This document shows positions 30,645 through 41,717 of a stretch of 64,000 nt of DNA, in pieces; position 1 is the first letter of the stretch; each line of letters starts with the position of its first letter. The stretch comes from an uncultured Desulfatitalea sp. GTDB taxonomy: Bacteria; Desulfobacterota; Desulfobacteria; Desulfobacterales; Desulfosarcinaceae. The notes beneath the pieces are model-generated. The model saw only the letters and a list, made by a program, of their open reading frames with translations. It had not been told where the DNA came from and did not search any database. The translations under genes and the position numbers were made by a program. The DNA is taken from NCBI GenBank assembly GCA_963668675.2, contig CAXXMB010000002.1, forward strand, positions 2,368,001 to 2,432,000. The letters run 5' to 3'.

Positions 30645-30824
30645 GGTGAGGTGGACAGGGAGTATCCAATGCATTCAGCGTATGGTTTGACTGCCGCTTA
30701 GATGCAGTGGAGGATAAGCGGTCCGCACTGTTTGAGCGTTGCGAGTTTGCCGGACCGCCTGGAGCGCATCTTAGCGGCAGTCAAACCATTAACCGTCGCA
30801 TTGATACTCCCTGTCCACCTCACC
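30645..30824. repeat. 180-nt nested palindromic element, copy A (MITE/REP-like or structured RNA)
   Basis: Perfect 21-bp terminal IR ggtgaggtggacagggagtat, inner 24-bp IR with one mismatch; homologous to reverse complement of 47711-47890. Confidence 0.9.
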
Positions 30825-30864
30825 GGCGCATACCATCGTAACTCATTTTTACCAATCGCTTAGA

Positions 30865-31686
30865 CTATCTCAACATCAAAACGCAGCCGCACTGCTCCTG
30901 GCAGGCCACGTGGATATCAAAAGATCGATCGCCATTGGACTCGCCCAGGGCCAGCTCTACCGCCTTCAACGCTTTTTCCGGGGTGTTGTTGGTTTCGCTC
31001 AGGTGGGCCAGGATAACATGGCATAGGCCGTTGTGTTTGATCTCCGCCAGCAGATTGCCGGAGTCTTCGTTGGAGAGGTGGCCGTTGCGGCTCTTGATGC
31101 GCTGTTTGAGTGGCCAGGGATAGGGGCCGTCGATCAGCATGGCAGGGTCGTGGTTAGCCTCAAGGACGAGAAGATTGCAGTCTTTTAGATGCTGCCGGAC
31201 CATGCCGGTGGCAATGCCCAGATCCGTGGCAATCCCCACTTTGCGTCCGTTTCGGGAGAGGGTGAACCCGGCCGGGTCCTCGGCATCGTGGGATGTGGAG
31301 AAGGGGTGGATCGTCAGGCCGTTGATACTGAATGACCGGCCGATTTCAAACGAACAGATCTCGTGCAGGCGACCCAACTGCGTGCCCGTCGCTCGTTGGG
31401 TATGGGGAGAGATGTAAACCGGAAGCTTGTAGCGGCGCGACAGCACGCCCACACCCCGGATATGGTCGCTGTGCTCATGGGAGACGACGATGGCGCCCAG
31501 TTTTTCCGGTTGAAGCCCGGCCATGGTCATGCGCCGTTCGATCTCGATGCCGGACAGTCCTGCATCTACTAGCAGTGCGGTCTCTCCATCGCTCACATAG
31601 ATGGCGTTGCCCTTACTGCCGCTGGCCAGGGCGCACACCGAGAGCGTGCACGCATCGGATTCCGTGAGAGGGGTACGATAGGTCAC
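30865..31686 (-). CDS. MBL-fold metallo-hydrolase (YycJ/WalJ-like); start approximate
   Basis: LASGSKGN, LVDAG, SHEHSDH, TSHDA, ATDLG, EANHD, GHLSN, HLSETNN. Confidence 0.92.
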   Translation of the reverse strand: MTYRTPLTESDACTLSVCALASGSKGNAIYVSDGETALLVDAGLSGIEIERRMTMAGLQPEKLGAIVVSHEHSDHIRGVGVLSRRYKLPVYISPHTQRATGTQLGRLHEICSFEIGRSFSINGLTIHPFSTSHDAEDPAGFTLSRNGRKVGIATDLGIATGMVRQHLKDCNLLVLEANHDPAMLIDGPYPWPLKQRIKSRNGHLSNEDSGNLLAEIKHNGLCHVILAHLSETNNTPEKALKAVELALGESNGDRSFDIHVACQEQCGCVLMLR

Positions 31687-31690
31687 GCCG

Positions 31691-32152
31691 TCAATCCGAT
31701 CCCGTGCTGCCAAATCCACCCTCGCTGCGCTCGGTTTCATCCAGTTCGACCACCTTTGTCACCTGCGCCCGGCACACCTCCTGAATAATCATCTGGGCAA
31801 TCCGGTCGCCGCGCCGGACTGTATAAGCAATGTGGGACAAGTTGATCAGGCCGACCTTGATCTCTCCGCGGTAGTCGCTGTCGATGGTGCCCGGAGCGTT
31901 GACGATGGTGACACCGTGCTTGACGGCTAGTCCGCTTCGCGGCCGAATTTGCGCTTCGTATCCATGGGGCATGGACATGGCCAATCCGGTTGGAATCAGG
32001 GCGATTTGGCCGGGTTCAAGGACCATGGGGTGCTCCAGCGTCGCACAAATATCCATTCCAGCCGCATGGGCCGTCATGTAACGGGGCAAGGGAATGTCCT
32101 GGTCGCGGTCGGGGTGCAGGCGTTTGAATGCAATAGCAGGTTCAGGGGGCAT
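31691..32152 (-). CDS. dut: dUTP diphosphatase
   Basis: [37 protein letters not shown]. Confidence 0.97.
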   Translation of the reverse strand: MPPEPAIAFKRLHPDRDQDIPLPRYMTAHAAGMDICATLEHPMVLEPGQIALIPTGLAMSMPHGYEAQIRPRSGLAVKHGVTIVNAPGTIDSDYRGEIKVGLINLSHIAYTVRRGDRIAQMIIQEVCRAQVTKVVELDETERSEGGFGSTGSD

Positions 32153-32174
32153 GGCGTAGTAAGAAGTAGCGTTT

Positions 32175-32257
32175 AAAGTGTTAAGTCTAAAGGGAAGGAA
32201 TTCTGTCATTTAAGTTTTTCGATAGATAGCATACCTTCACTTAAAACTTAACACTTT
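32175..32257. repeat. AT-rich imperfect inverted repeat
   Basis: aaagtgttaagtctaaagggaagg vs ccttcacttaaaacttaacacttt, 21/24 complementary. Confidence 0.7.
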
Positions 32258-32267
32258 CCGCTTTAAA

Positions 32268-33524
32268 CTATTTTTCAAATATTCCTTCCAGGCCGCCGAT
32301 GCTCTCAACTGGCCCAAGCATTGTAAGGGCACTTTGATCACTTTTAAAAAGCCCTTCGGACGCCGTCCGGATGTCTTCAACGGTGACGGCCTCTATCTTG
32401 TCGACCACCTTTTCAACGGGTACATATTTCCCGAAATGGATCTCATTCTGGGCCAGTCGGACCATTTGATTGTCGACACTCTCTGCGGCCAGGAGCAGGT
32501 TACCCTTGGTGTACTCTTTGGCATCCTGCAATTCATCATCGGATACCGGTGCATTGCCGAGCTCGCGCACAGACGTCATGATCAATTCGATTGCCTGTGA
32601 GGCCTTGTCGGCATTTACGGCGGTATAGACGCCAAACATCCCCGTGTCCACGTGAGACATTAAGAAGGAGTAGACCGAGTAAGCCAGGCCCCGCTTTTCC
32701 CGAATCTCCTGGAAAAGACGCGAGCTCATATTACCGCCGAGGATGGTGTTCATCAACGAAAAGGCGAACCGGCGCGGGTCGGTGACCGAAAGCCCCATGG
32801 TGGACATGCAGATATGGACCTGCTCAAGGGTGCGCTCCTGGCGGCCGGTTATGGGCCGTATTGCGGGGCGGGTGCGCTTTGGCAGGGGGTGGCCGTTGTG
32901 AATTGTGCCGAAGGTTGGTCCGACCAGCTCCACAAAACGGTCATGGCTCACATTGCCGGCCGCGGAGATGACAATTCTCTCCGGATGGTAGAGCCGTTGG
33001 AAATAGGCTTTGATGGACTCGGCCGAGAAACCGAGAACGTGATCCCGGGTTCCGAGGATCGAGCGGCCCAGCGGGTGGTCGCCCCAGAAGTGGCTCCCGG
33101 CCAGGACGTGCACAAACTCCTCGGGTGTGTCTTCGACCATGCCGATCTCTTGAAAGATGACCGGCCGCTCGCGCTCGACCTCTTCGGGGGCAAAGATCGA
33201 GTTGAGAAAGATGTCCGAGAGGATGTCCACCATGGTGTCGAGGTGGCTGTCCATGACCCGTGCATGGTAGCACGTGTTCTCCATGGAGGTGAAGGCGTTG
33301 GTGTGGCCGCCGATGGCGTCGAACGCCTTTGCGATTTGATATGCGCTACGGCGGGCCGTCCCCTTGAAGATCATGTGTTCAATGAAATGGGACAGCCCGC
33401 TCTCTTCGTCTGATTCGTCTCTGGCACCCACATCGACCCATACGCCCATGGAGACGGATCGAACATGGGGCATCTGTCTGGAGACGATGCGGACGCCGTT
33501 GGGCAGTCGGGTCTTATTCACCAC
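32268..33524 (-). CDS. M16 (pitrilysin/insulinase) zinc peptidase
   Basis: [11 protein letters not shown] (HxxEH), [23 protein letters not shown]; usual position after pnp. Confidence 0.95.
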   Translation of the reverse strand: MVNKTRLPNGVRIVSRQMPHVRSVSMGVWVDVGARDESDEESGLSHFIEHMIFKGTARRSAYQIAKAFDAIGGHTNAFTSMENTCYHARVMDSHLDTMVDILSDIFLNSIFAPEEVERERPVIFQEIGMVEDTPEEFVHVLAGSHFWGDHPLGRSILGTRDHVLGFSAESIKAYFQRLYHPERIVISAAGNVSHDRFVELVGPTFGTIHNGHPLPKRTRPAIRPITGRQERTLEQVHICMSTMGLSVTDPRRFAFSLMNTILGGNMSSRLFQEIREKRGLAYSVYSFLMSHVDTGMFGVYTAVNADKASQAIELIMTSVRELGNAPVSDDELQDAKEYTKGNLLLAAESVDNQMVRLAQNEIHFGKYVPVEKVVDKIEAVTVEDIRTASEGLFKSDQSALTMLGPVESIGGLEGIFEK

Positions 33525-35613
33525 CTTTGTTCTTTTCCTCTTCCAGTGCTGCTTTGAGGCTCAGACGGATGCGGCCGTCCTGGGAGACCTCCAGCACTTT
33601 GACACGGATGATATCCCCCTCTTTGACCACATCGGTCACCTTGGCCACCCGTCGGTTGGCCAACTGGGAGATGTGAACCAACCCGTCGGTGCCGGGAGCC
33701 AGCTGTACAAAGGCACCGAAATCGGTTGTTTTAACGACTTTTCCTTCGTAGATTCTTCCCTCTTCAGGATCCATGGCAATGGCTTGGATCTGCTCCAGGG
33801 CTGCCTTGCCTTCAGCCTCGTTGGTGGCTGCGATTTTAACCAGGCCGCTGTCATCGATCTCCACACGGGTATTGGTCTCGGCCTGGATGGCCCGGACCAC
33901 TTTGCCGCCAGGGCCGATGATATCGCGGATTTTGTCGGGATTGATCTTGATGGTCAGAATTTTGGGTGCGTACTGGGAGATATCCTCCCTGGGCTGGTCG
34001 ATGGCTTCGAGCATCTTGCCCAGGATATGGAGCCTGCCAGCCTTGGCCTGTTCCAGCGCCTTTTCCATGATATCCTTGGATAACTCTTTGATTTTTATGT
34101 CCATTTGAAGGGCCGTGATGCCGTCCCGTGTTCCGGTGACCTTGAAATCCATGTCGCCGGTATGGTCTTCATCACCCAAAATATCGGAGAGAATTACCAC
34201 CTGGTCCCCCTCTTTGACCAAGCCCATGGCGATACCCGATACCGGCGCTTTGATCGGTACGCCACCGTCCATCAGGGCCAAGATACCGGAACAGACGGTT
34301 CCCATCGAGGAGGAGCCGTTGGATTCCAACACTTCGGACACCAACCGGATGGTGTAGTCAAAGTCTTCCCGGTCCGGAAGAACCCTCTCTATGGCGCGGG
34401 TCGAGAGCCCGCCGTGACCGATATCGCGGCGGCTGGGGGAGCCAACCCGTTTCACCTCGCCCACAGAATATGGCGGGAAATTGTAGTGCAGCATGAACGG
34501 GCGCATCTCTTCGCCGCTGAGCGTCTCCACGCGTTGTTCATCCTGACCCGACCCCAGGGTGAGCACGCCGAGCACCTGGGTCTCGCCGCGTGTAAAGAGC
34601 GCGCTGCCGTGGGGACGGGGAAGCAGGCCCACCTCGCAGGAGATCGGACGGATTTCGTCGAATTTACGACCGTCGATGCGCCGTCCCTCTTTAAGGATCA
34701 TATCCCGGGAGATCCGTTTCTGCAGATCGCCCAGAATCTCCATGCATTCACCTCTGCGCTCGGCAAACGTTTCGCCCAGACCTTCGAAAATTTCCGCCTT
34801 CAGCGCACGCATGGTGCTGTAGCGCTCCATCTTCTCCGCTATGGTGAGCGTCTGGCGGATTCGATCGCTTGCGGCCGCTTCCAATTGGGCTGCCAAGGCT
34901 TCGTCTTTCTGCGGAGGCTCAAAGGGGCGTTTGGGTTTGCCGAGGGCTGCGCGGAGCTCCTCCTGGATGTCGATAAGCGGTTTCAAGGCTTCATGGCCGA
35001 AGAATATCCCTGCCAACATGTCCGCTTCCGATACGACTTGGGAACCGCCTTCCACCATGACGACCCCGGTTTTTGAGCCGGCCACGACAAGGTTGATATC
35101 TGACGCCTCGATCTGCGCTATGGTGGGGTTGGCGATAAACTGGCCCTCCACTCTTCCCACGCGGACACAGGCGATGGGGCCATCGAACTGGATGTCCGAA
35201 ATGGTCAGGGCCGCTGAAGCACCCACCATCGCCAATACGTCTGGATCGTTCTCTTTGTCCATGGAGAGCACCGTGGCAATGACCTGGGTTTCGTGACGCC
35301 ACTTTTTGGGAAAGAGCGGCCGAATCGGCCGGTCGATCAAACGCGCCGTAAGGGTCTCCTTTTCACTGGGGCGCCCTATTTCACGGCGGAAATAGTTGCC
35401 GGGGATACGGCCCGCAGCGTAAATTTTTTCCTGATACTCCACCGTCAGGGGTAGAAAATCCGCCTGGCGTTCATCGTGGGCCGCTACCGCTGTGACCAGA
35501 ACTGTGGTTTCGCCATAGCGCACAAGAACGGCACCGTCGGCCTGTTTGGCGACTTTGCCGGATTGGATGATGAGAGGTTTGCCTCCTACGTCGGCTTTTA
35601 CATTGATTTCCAT
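33514..35613 (-). CDS. pnp: Polyribonucleotide nucleotidyltransferase
   Basis: [43 protein letters not shown] and S1 domains. Confidence 0.99.
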   Translation of the reverse strand: MEINVKADVGGKPLIIQSGKVAKQADGAVLVRYGETTVLVTAVAAHDERQADFLPLTVEYQEKIYAAGRIPGNYFRREIGRPSEKETLTARLIDRPIRPLFPKKWRHETQVIATVLSMDKENDPDVLAMVGASAALTISDIQFDGPIACVRVGRVEGQFIANPTIAQIEASDINLVVAGSKTGVVMVEGGSQVVSEADMLAGIFFGHEALKPLIDIQEELRAALGKPKRPFEPPQKDEALAAQLEAAASDRIRQTLTIAEKMERYSTMRALKAEIFEGLGETFAERRGECMEILGDLQKRISRDMILKEGRRIDGRKFDEIRPISCEVGLLPRPHGSALFTRGETQVLGVLTLGSGQDEQRVETLSGEEMRPFMLHYNFPPYSVGEVKRVGSPSRRDIGHGGLSTRAIERVLPDREDFDYTIRLVSEVLESNGSSSMGTVCSGILALMDGGVPIKAPVSGIAMGLVKEGDQVVILSDILGDEDHTGDMDFKVTGTRDGITALQMDIKIKELSKDIMEKALEQAKAGRLHILGKMLEAIDQPREDISQYAPKILTIKINPDKIRDIIGPGGKVVRAIQAETNTRVEIDDSGLVKIAATNEAEGKAALEQIQAIAMDPEEGRIYEGKVVKTTDFGAFVQLAPGTDGLVHISQLANRRVAKVTDVVKEGDIIRVKVLEVSQDGRIRLSLKAALEEEKNKGGE

Positions 35614-35949
35614 TCAATTTCTCCTGCTTGATGTCTTTCTTTAAATGGGCAGCTTGTGGACCGGATTGCGTTTGTCGGCGACGCCTTGCCGCACAATGCG
35701 AGGGCGTCGGGTTTTGAAATCACTCCGTTCAAATCGCGGGAAGAACCACCGATGCGTTTTTGTCGCCGGTGAGCGCGAAGATTCTGACCGTACAAGAACC
35801 CAAATCTGGGCCGCTGTTCGCAGATCCCACGTCATGCCTGGGGATCCCACTGGTAGATGGGCACTTCTGATGGTGCGGCCTTTCATGAAACAAACGGTAT
35901 CAGCTGCCTGCTGTTTCCGATAAGCATCTCTATCGGCCGTGAGTATATG

Positions 35950-36016
35950 CCAAGCGCCAAAGACCGGCGGCACCGCACCCTTCGGATGCGCTGGTGCTCC
36001 GGTCTCTGGCCGCTGG
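35950..36016 (-). promoter_or_regulatory. Long hairpin in rpsO-pnp spacer (candidate processing site or terminator)
   Basis: Minus strand ccagcggccagagaccggagcacc...gcatccGAAgggtgc...ggtgccgccggtctttggcgcttgg. Confidence 0.55.
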
Positions 36017-36038
36017 TGTAAACGGTTGAACGATTGGA

Positions 36039-36308
36039 CTATCTACGGAGTCCTAACGTTTCGATAATGGTACGATATCTCTGCACATCGTTCTTTTTTA
36101 CGTAGTTGAGCAACCGGCGGCGGCGACCGACCAACATCAACAACCCGCGGCGTGAGTGGTGATCCTTCTTGTGAACCTTCAGGTGCTCGGTGAGATATGT
36201 AATCCTATGGCTGAGCAACCCGATTTGCACCTCCGGGCTTCCGGTATCAGTGTCGTGCAGTTTGTGTTGTTCGATCAACTGTTTTTTATCTTCTGTCGTG
36301 AATACCAC
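36039..36308 (-). CDS. rpsO: 30S ribosomal protein S15
   Basis: [33 protein letters not shown] start. Confidence 0.99.
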   Translation of the reverse strand: MVFTTEDKKQLIEQHKLHDTDTGSPEVQIGLLSHRITYLTEHLKVHKKDHHSRRGLLMLVGRRRRLLNYVKKNDVQRYRTIIETLGLRR

Positions 36309-36357
36309 TTTTGAGTTCCTCCTTATTTACGAACCGATTCGGGCAGTTTGCTATGAA

Positions 36358-37269
36358 TCATTTAAAAACACAACAATAAATGTACGTGCCGCTCTCAGAT
36401 GACCATTTGATCACCGCCCTCAGCCGGTTGGACCGGTCCACGACCTTGAGGTAATCGGCTGGGCAGTTCACCGGATCCCTTCCCGTAAACGGTTCGGGAG
36501 GGAGCGGTCGGCCGTGACTGATATGCGTCACCATCTCATCATCTGCACTGAAAGCCGGCATATCCCTCAGCGCTTCGGCCATGGGGACTATCACATCCCC
36601 CACTTGTTCGGCCGCATCCATTGCCTTGAGCCTGTCGAGCGCTACCGCCTGATCGAGGCTGAAACCGCAACTCGCAGTGCGCCGCAATTCGGCCAGATGG
36701 GCACCGCATCCCACGGCCTGACCAATGTCGTGGCACAGGGTGCGAACGTAGGTTCCTGCAGAGCAGGCCACCTCGAAACGCACATCCGGCAGCGCAACCT
36801 GAAGGATACGCAGGCTCGTTATGGTCACCGGCCTGGCCGGCTTCTGCACGGGTTGGCCCCGGCGTGCCAGTTTGTACAGCGGCGTCCCCTCATGTTTGAG
36901 GGCCGCATAGACCGGCGGTAGTTGCCACTGCCGGCCCTCAAACTGCTTGAACAGGTTTTCCAGAAATGCCTGTTCAAGTTTCGGCACGGGCGATGTCGCA
37001 ACGATCTGGCCGGTTGCGTCCTGAGTGTCGGTCTCCGATCCCAGCCGCAACAGCCCCTCGTAGCGTTTGCTGCCGTGCAGGAAGAAGCGCGCCAGGCGGG
37101 TGGCCTGATTGATACAGCATATCAGTACGCCAGTGGCGAAGGGGTCCAGCGTACCGGTATGGCCCACTCGGGCGGCTTCCAGTTTTTTTTTCACTTCGGC
37201 CACAACTCTGGCCGAGGTCATGCCCTCCGGCTTATCGACGACAATGATACCGCTCAGGTCACTTCGCAT
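36358..37269 (-). CDS. truB: tRNA pseudouridine(55) synthase
   Basis: DKPEGMTS, GHTGTLDPFATGVL, CSAGTYVRTL. Confidence 0.97.
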   Translation of the reverse strand: MRSDLSGIIVVDKPEGMTSARVVAEVKKKLEAARVGHTGTLDPFATGVLICCINQATRLARFFLHGSKRYEGLLRLGSETDTQDATGQIVATSPVPKLEQAFLENLFKQFEGRQWQLPPVYAALKHEGTPLYKLARRGQPVQKPARPVTITSLRILQVALPDVRFEVACSAGTYVRTLCHDIGQAVGCGAHLAELRRTASCGFSLDQAVALDRLKAMDAAEQVGDVIVPMAEALRDMPAFSADDEMVTHISHGRPLPPEPFTGRDPVNCPADYLKVVDRSNRLRAVIKWSSESGTYIYCCVFK

Positions 37270-38246
37270 GTGTCGCTGAAAGCTTCGGATAGATCCATGA
37301 GCTCCTTTTTGAGTTCGTTCAAATTGGCCTTGGTGCTGAAACCGGCCGCACCCGCATGGCCTCCGCCGCCGTAATGAGCGGCGATATGGGCGACATCAAC
37401 CCCGCCGTCTGAGCGCAGGCTCACGTGAAACTGCGCTTGTCCTTTGGGCATGCTTCCGTTGGCGGGGAGTTCATGGATCAGCGCCGCCACTTTGACATCT
37501 TCGATGCGGCGGGCGTAGTTGATGATCCCGTCGATATCCTCGGCCTGCGTGCCCGTCTCGCGTAGCATGCGTTGACTCATGGTCATGACGGAGAGCTTGC
37601 CGTTTGGTGAAATCTCCAATGAATCCAGGGCCAGATTGAGCAGTTTGATGCGCCCCAGGGAGTAGGTGCCGTATACGTGCTGGGCTACCTGATAGGGGTC
37701 CGCCCCCATGCTGATCATCCGTTCGCAGATGGCAAATGCCTTGCGATTGGTATTGGAGAAGCGAAACGAGCCGGTGTCGGTCAAGATGCCGGTGTATATG
37801 GCAGTCGCGATGGCGCAATCGATGTTTACCGGCAGGTGTTGGATCAGGTGGTAAATGATCTCCGCTGTGGCGCAGGCATTCACATCGATTATCTGAAGGT
37901 CACCGAACCGGGTGTTGGTCACATGGTGATCGATATTGATGACCAGCGATTTTTGGCAAACGGTCTTGGCGTCTCCGCCGATCCGATCGATGTCGCCGCA
38001 GTCCAGTATCAGGGCGACATCGAATTGCGCATCCGGGTCCAGCCGCTGCTCGATCATGTGAACTGACGGCAGGAAACGGTACACAGCTGGTATGTGGCTC
38101 GGATTGAACAGCTTAACATCCTTGCCCATGGCTTTGAGCGCCAAGCCAAGCGCCAACAGCGATCCGATCGCATCCCCATCCGGATGGGTATGCGAGGCCA
38201 GAAAGAAGCTCCGGTTCCGCTTGATTTGGTTAATGATGGTCTGCAT
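37254..38246 (-). CDS. nrnA: DHH-family bifunctional oligoribonuclease/pAp phosphatase
   Basis: HTHPDGDAIGS, IDHH, TDTGSF, SLRS, GGGGH. Confidence 0.92.
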   Translation of the reverse strand: MQTIINQIKRNRSFFLASHTHPDGDAIGSLLALGLALKAMGKDVKLFNPSHIPAVYRFLPSVHMIEQRLDPDAQFDVALILDCGDIDRIGGDAKTVCQKSLVINIDHHVTNTRFGDLQIIDVNACATAEIIYHLIQHLPVNIDCAIATAIYTGILTDTGSFRFSNTNRKAFAICERMISMGADPYQVAQHVYGTYSLGRIKLLNLALDSLEISPNGKLSVMTMSQRMLRETGTQAEDIDGIINYARRIEDVKVAALIHELPANGSMPKGQAQFHVSLRSDGGVDVAHIAAHYGGGGHAGAAGFSTKANLNELKKELMDLSEAFSDTCEVT

Positions 38247-38592
38247 CGTTCTGTTTTACCGTCTTTAACAGCTTTTCTATGCGGGCGCTGTAGTCGATGG
38301 AGGTATCGTAAAAAAATTTAAGGTCCGGCATATATCGCAAACCCAACCGTTGGGCAAGCTCGCGTTTCACAAATCCACGGGCCCTCTCAAAGCCGTCCAC
38401 CGCCTTGTGGCCGGCATCTTCACCCTCGGGGGTGGCGAAATAGATCTTGGCAATACGCAGGTCGCGGCTCATCTTTACACCGGTAATGGTGACCCCGGCC
38501 AGTCGTGGATCGTTGATCTGCTTCTGCAGCAACTCGGCCATGGTCTCCTTGATCAAGCCGCCCACGCGGTCGCTACGCGAATAAGGTTTCAT
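38230..38592 (-). CDS. rbfA: Ribosome-binding factor A
   Basis: DPRLAGVTITGVKMSRDL, LRYMPDLKFFYD. Confidence 0.96.
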   Translation of the reverse strand: MKPYSRSDRVGGLIKETMAELLQKQINDPRLAGVTITGVKMSRDLRIAKIYFATPEGEDAGHKAVDGFERARGFVKRELAQRLGLRYMPDLKFFYDTSIDYSARIEKLLKTVKQNDADHH

Positions 38593-38610
38593 ATCAATCA
38601 CCGTTACCGG

Positions 38611-38898
38611 TTACAGATGGATGATCTCCATCTCCGTATCGATCATTTCGGCCAAACCCAGATCCTCGACAAAGTTGATCAATTTGTCGATTTTAGCGTT
38701 GATCACTTTGTGATCCGCGCCGGCCATGGCAAATCCGATCTGGGCGCGTTGGTGAACATCGTTGGCCCCCACCTCGGCCACCGAGGCGTTGAAGTGGTTG
38801 CGGGCCTGATGGATGATCGTCTTGACGATGCCCCGTTTGGTTTTCAATGAGCGGCATTCGTGCAATCGAAACGTGAGCACCCCGATGCCCACCACCAT
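38611..38898 (-). CDS. DUF503 (YlxP) family protein
   Basis: MVVG...SLKTKR...FNASVAEV; lies between infB and rbfA. Confidence 0.9.
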   Translation of the reverse strand: MVVGIGVLTFRLHECRSLKTKRGIVKTIIHQARNHFNASVAEVGANDVHQRAQIGFAMAGADHKVINAKIDKLINFVEDLGLAEMIDTEMEIIHL

Positions 38899-38931
38899 GT
38901 GTGCCCGGGCTGATGATCTCTTGGGCATCTC

Positions 38932-41655
38932 TTAATCGACTTCCGGTTTGATCTCCTCCAGATAGTAGGCCTCGATCACGTCGCCGACCTTGATGTCGTT
39001 ATAATTTTCAAGTCCAATGCCGCATTCGTATCCGCTCTGCACCTCTTTGACATCATCTTTGAAACGCCGCAGCGAGGTGTTTTTGCCCTCGTAAATGATC
39101 ACCCCGTCACGAAGCAGCCGGGAGAGCTGACCCCTTTCGATTTTACCGTCGGTCACATAAGAGCCGGCAATCGCTCCCACTTTGGGGATATGGAACACTT
39201 CGCGAACCTCGGCACGGCCAAGGGAGTGCTCCTCGAAGGTTGATTTCATCATGCCGACGATAGCGTCTTTAATCTCTTTAATGACGTTGTAGATGATGTT
39301 GTGGTAGCGGATATCGACATTCTCTTCGCTGGCCAACTCCTGCACTTTCGGATTGGCCCGAACGTTAAATCCGATGATAATGGCTTCGGAGACCGCTGCC
39401 AGAGAGATGTCCGATTCGGTAATGGTGCCGGTGGCCGAGTGCATAATATTGATGGCCACCTCCTCGTTGGAGAGTTTGAGCAGCGAGTCGCGGATCGCCT
39501 CCATGGAACCGTCCACGTCGGCCTTGATAATCACGTTGAGGTCTTTGACTTCTCCCTCTTGCATGCGTTCGTAGAGTTTTTCGAGGCTCAGGCGGCTGGT
39601 CTTGGCCAACTCTTTGGAACGCTGCTTCTGACTGCGGTACTGGCTGACCTGCTTGGCGTCCTTTTCATCCTTGAGGGCCACCATCTCATCACCGGCCATG
39701 GGTACGCCCGAAAGGCCGATCACCTCCACCGGATACGATGGGCCGGCATCATCGACTTTTTGGCCGTAGTCATCCAGCAGGGCTCGCACTTTTCCGTGGT
39801 GCACGCCGCAAACTACCGCATCGCCCGCGTGTAGTGTGCCCTCCTTGACCAATACGGTGGCAACCGGGCCTCGCCCGGAATCCAACTTGGCTTCAACCAC
39901 ATGGCCCACCGCCAGTTTGTTGGGGTTGGCCTTTAACTCGAGCAGCTCGGCCTGCAGAAGGATCATCTCCATCAGATCGTCAATGCCGGTCTGCTGCTTG
40001 GCCGACACCTGGACGAAGATGGTGTCGCCGCCCCAATCCTCCGATGTAACGCCTACCTCTGAGAGCTGGCGCTGAACGCGGTCGGGGTTGGCATCGGCTT
40101 TGTCGATTTTATTGACCGCAACAATGATGGGAACTTTGGCGGCCTTGGCGTGGTTGATGGCCTCCACCGTTTGGGGCATCACGCCGTCATCGGCGGCGAC
40201 CACCAAAATGACGATGTCGGTGATATGCGCGCCGCGGGAGCGCATGGCCGAAAAGGCCTCATGGCCCGGGGTATCCAGAAAAGCGATGTTGCCCCTGTCC
40301 GTGCCCACCAAATAGGCGCCGATATGTTGCGTGATGCCGCCGGCTTCACCCGCCGTGACGCGCGACTTGCGGATCACGTCCAGCAGCGATGTCTTGCCGT
40401 GGTCAACGTGCCCCATGATAGTCACCACCGGCGGCCTTGGCTTTAGCGTATCGGGATCGTCTGTCTGGGTAGTCTGCAAAATGGTCTCCTCTTCGAAGGC
40501 GGCCTTTTCCACTTCATAATCGAATTCGGAGGCCACCAGGGTGGCCGTATCGTAATCGATGGTTTGATTGACTGTCACCATGACCCCCATGCCCATCAGC
40601 TTGGCAATCATTTCGCCGGCCTTGATGCCCATGCGTTTGGCCAGATCGGACAGGATAATGGTTTCGTCGATACGGACACGCCGCTTAATGGCCTTTGCCG
40701 TTGTGATCTGGGTTTTTTGGGCTGCCGGCTGGGCCTTCATCTTAGCGCCCTTACGCCCTTTTCTGGGGCGTGCGCGATCATAGAGGTCAGCTCCCTCAAC
40801 GACCTCTTTTTTCCGGAAGGAGATCTTTTTCTTCAGGAACTTCTTGTCCTGCAGGGATTCCTCGTCAGCGACTTTTTTCTTCCCCTTCTTCTTGGGCCGG
40901 TCGGCTCTGGCTGGTACCGGTCCTTCTCCGGCCTTGGGAGGCGCCGGTCGAGAGGGTGTGGTACGAGAAGGTGTGGTACGAGAAGGTGTGGGTTCGGGTT
41001 CGGGCTCGGGTGCCACCGGGCGCTCCGGGAGTTTAATGATTTTAGCGGCCGCCTCCTTCTTCTTTTTCTTGCCTTTGGCCACAACTTTCGTCGTGCTTTC
41101 CGCCTCGGGCTGAGGCTCGGCTGTTGGGGGGGGCTCCTCGGCGGTGGCTTCGGCTGCCGGTTCGGCCGCTTCGGCCTTTGCCTCTGGCGCTTCGGCCTCC
41201 TGAAGCTCCTGTGTCTCAACAGACGCCTCCTTCGCTTCTACCGGCGCCGGTTGTTCTTCTTCTACCGTTTCGGCCTCGGGCTCGGCCTCGGGCTCCTCCG
41301 GTTCGGCTTTTTCCGCTTCAACCACCTTCTCCGGCGTCTCTTCAACAGGTGTCGGCTCAGGCTCTTCAGGTGCTTCAGTTGCTTCGACCTCCACGGCCGG
41401 CGCCTCTTCATCAGGCGTCTCCTCGACGACTTTGCGGCGCCTGCGAATAACCGTAGGTCTGACACGCTTCTCTTCCAGCTCGGGTGCGGGACCGCCTTGG
41501 ATGAAATTTCGGATCTTCTCTTCCACCTCTTCGCCGACCGCACTCATATGGGAGTTCAGGCCAAGATCGAGCGGGCTGATCGTATCAAGCAGATCCTTAT
41601 TGGTCATATTGAGCTCGCGTGCCAGCTCGTATACTCTCTTCTTGGTTTGTATCAT
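38932..41655 (-). CDS. infB: Translation initiation factor IF-2
   Basis: [46 protein letters not shown]. Confidence 0.99.
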   Translation of the reverse strand: MIQTKKRVYELARELNMTNKDLLDTISPLDLGLNSHMSAVGEEVEEKIRNFIQGGPAPELEEKRVRPTVIRRRRKVVEETPDEEAPAVEVEATEAPEEPEPTPVEETPEKVVEAEKAEPEEPEAEPEAETVEEEQPAPVEAKEASVETQELQEAEAPEAKAEAAEPAAEATAEEPPPTAEPQPEAESTTKVVAKGKKKKKEAAAKIIKLPERPVAPEPEPEPTPSRTTPSRTTPSRPAPPKAGEGPVPARADRPKKKGKKKVADEESLQDKKFLKKKISFRKKEVVEGADLYDRARPRKGRKGAKMKAQPAAQKTQITTAKAIKRRVRIDETIILSDLAKRMGIKAGEMIAKLMGMGVMVTVNQTIDYDTATLVASEFDYEVEKAAFEEETILQTTQTDDPDTLKPRPPVVTIMGHVDHGKTSLLDVIRKSRVTAGEAGGITQHIGAYLVGTDRGNIAFLDTPGHEAFSAMRSRGAHITDIVILVVAADDGVMPQTVEAINHAKAAKVPIIVAVNKIDKADANPDRVQRQLSEVGVTSEDWGGDTIFVQVSAKQQTGIDDLMEMILLQAELLELKANPNKLAVGHVVEAKLDSGRGPVATVLVKEGTLHAGDAVVCGVHHGKVRALLDDYGQKVDDAGPSYPVEVIGLSGVPMAGDEMVALKDEKDAKQVSQYRSQKQRSKELAKTSRLSLEKLYERMQEGEVKDLNVIIKADVDGSMEAIRDSLLKLSNEEVAINIMHSATGTITESDISLAAVSEAIIIGFNVRANPKVQELASEENVDIRYHNIIYNVIKEIKDAIVGMMKSTFEEHSLGRAEVREVFHIPKVGAIAGSYVTDGKIERGQLSRLLRDGVIIYEGKNTSLRRFKDDVKEVQSGYECGIGLENYNDIKVGDVIEAYYLEEIKPEVD
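40949..40991. repeat. 15-bp tandem repeat, about 2.9 copies, within infB
   Basis: cgaga(g/a)ggtgtggta units encode [13 protein letters not shown]. Confidence 0.85.
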
Positions 41656-41717
41656 CCATCCCCCTTAACTTGGTTGTCCTTGCCGTCTCCCGGCACTCTC
41701 TTCCGTTCCGCTTCCGG

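Noticed and set aside
30645..30824. CRISPR array or autonomous IS
   Set aside because: Inverted rather than direct repeats, no spacers, no cas or transposase ORF in the window.
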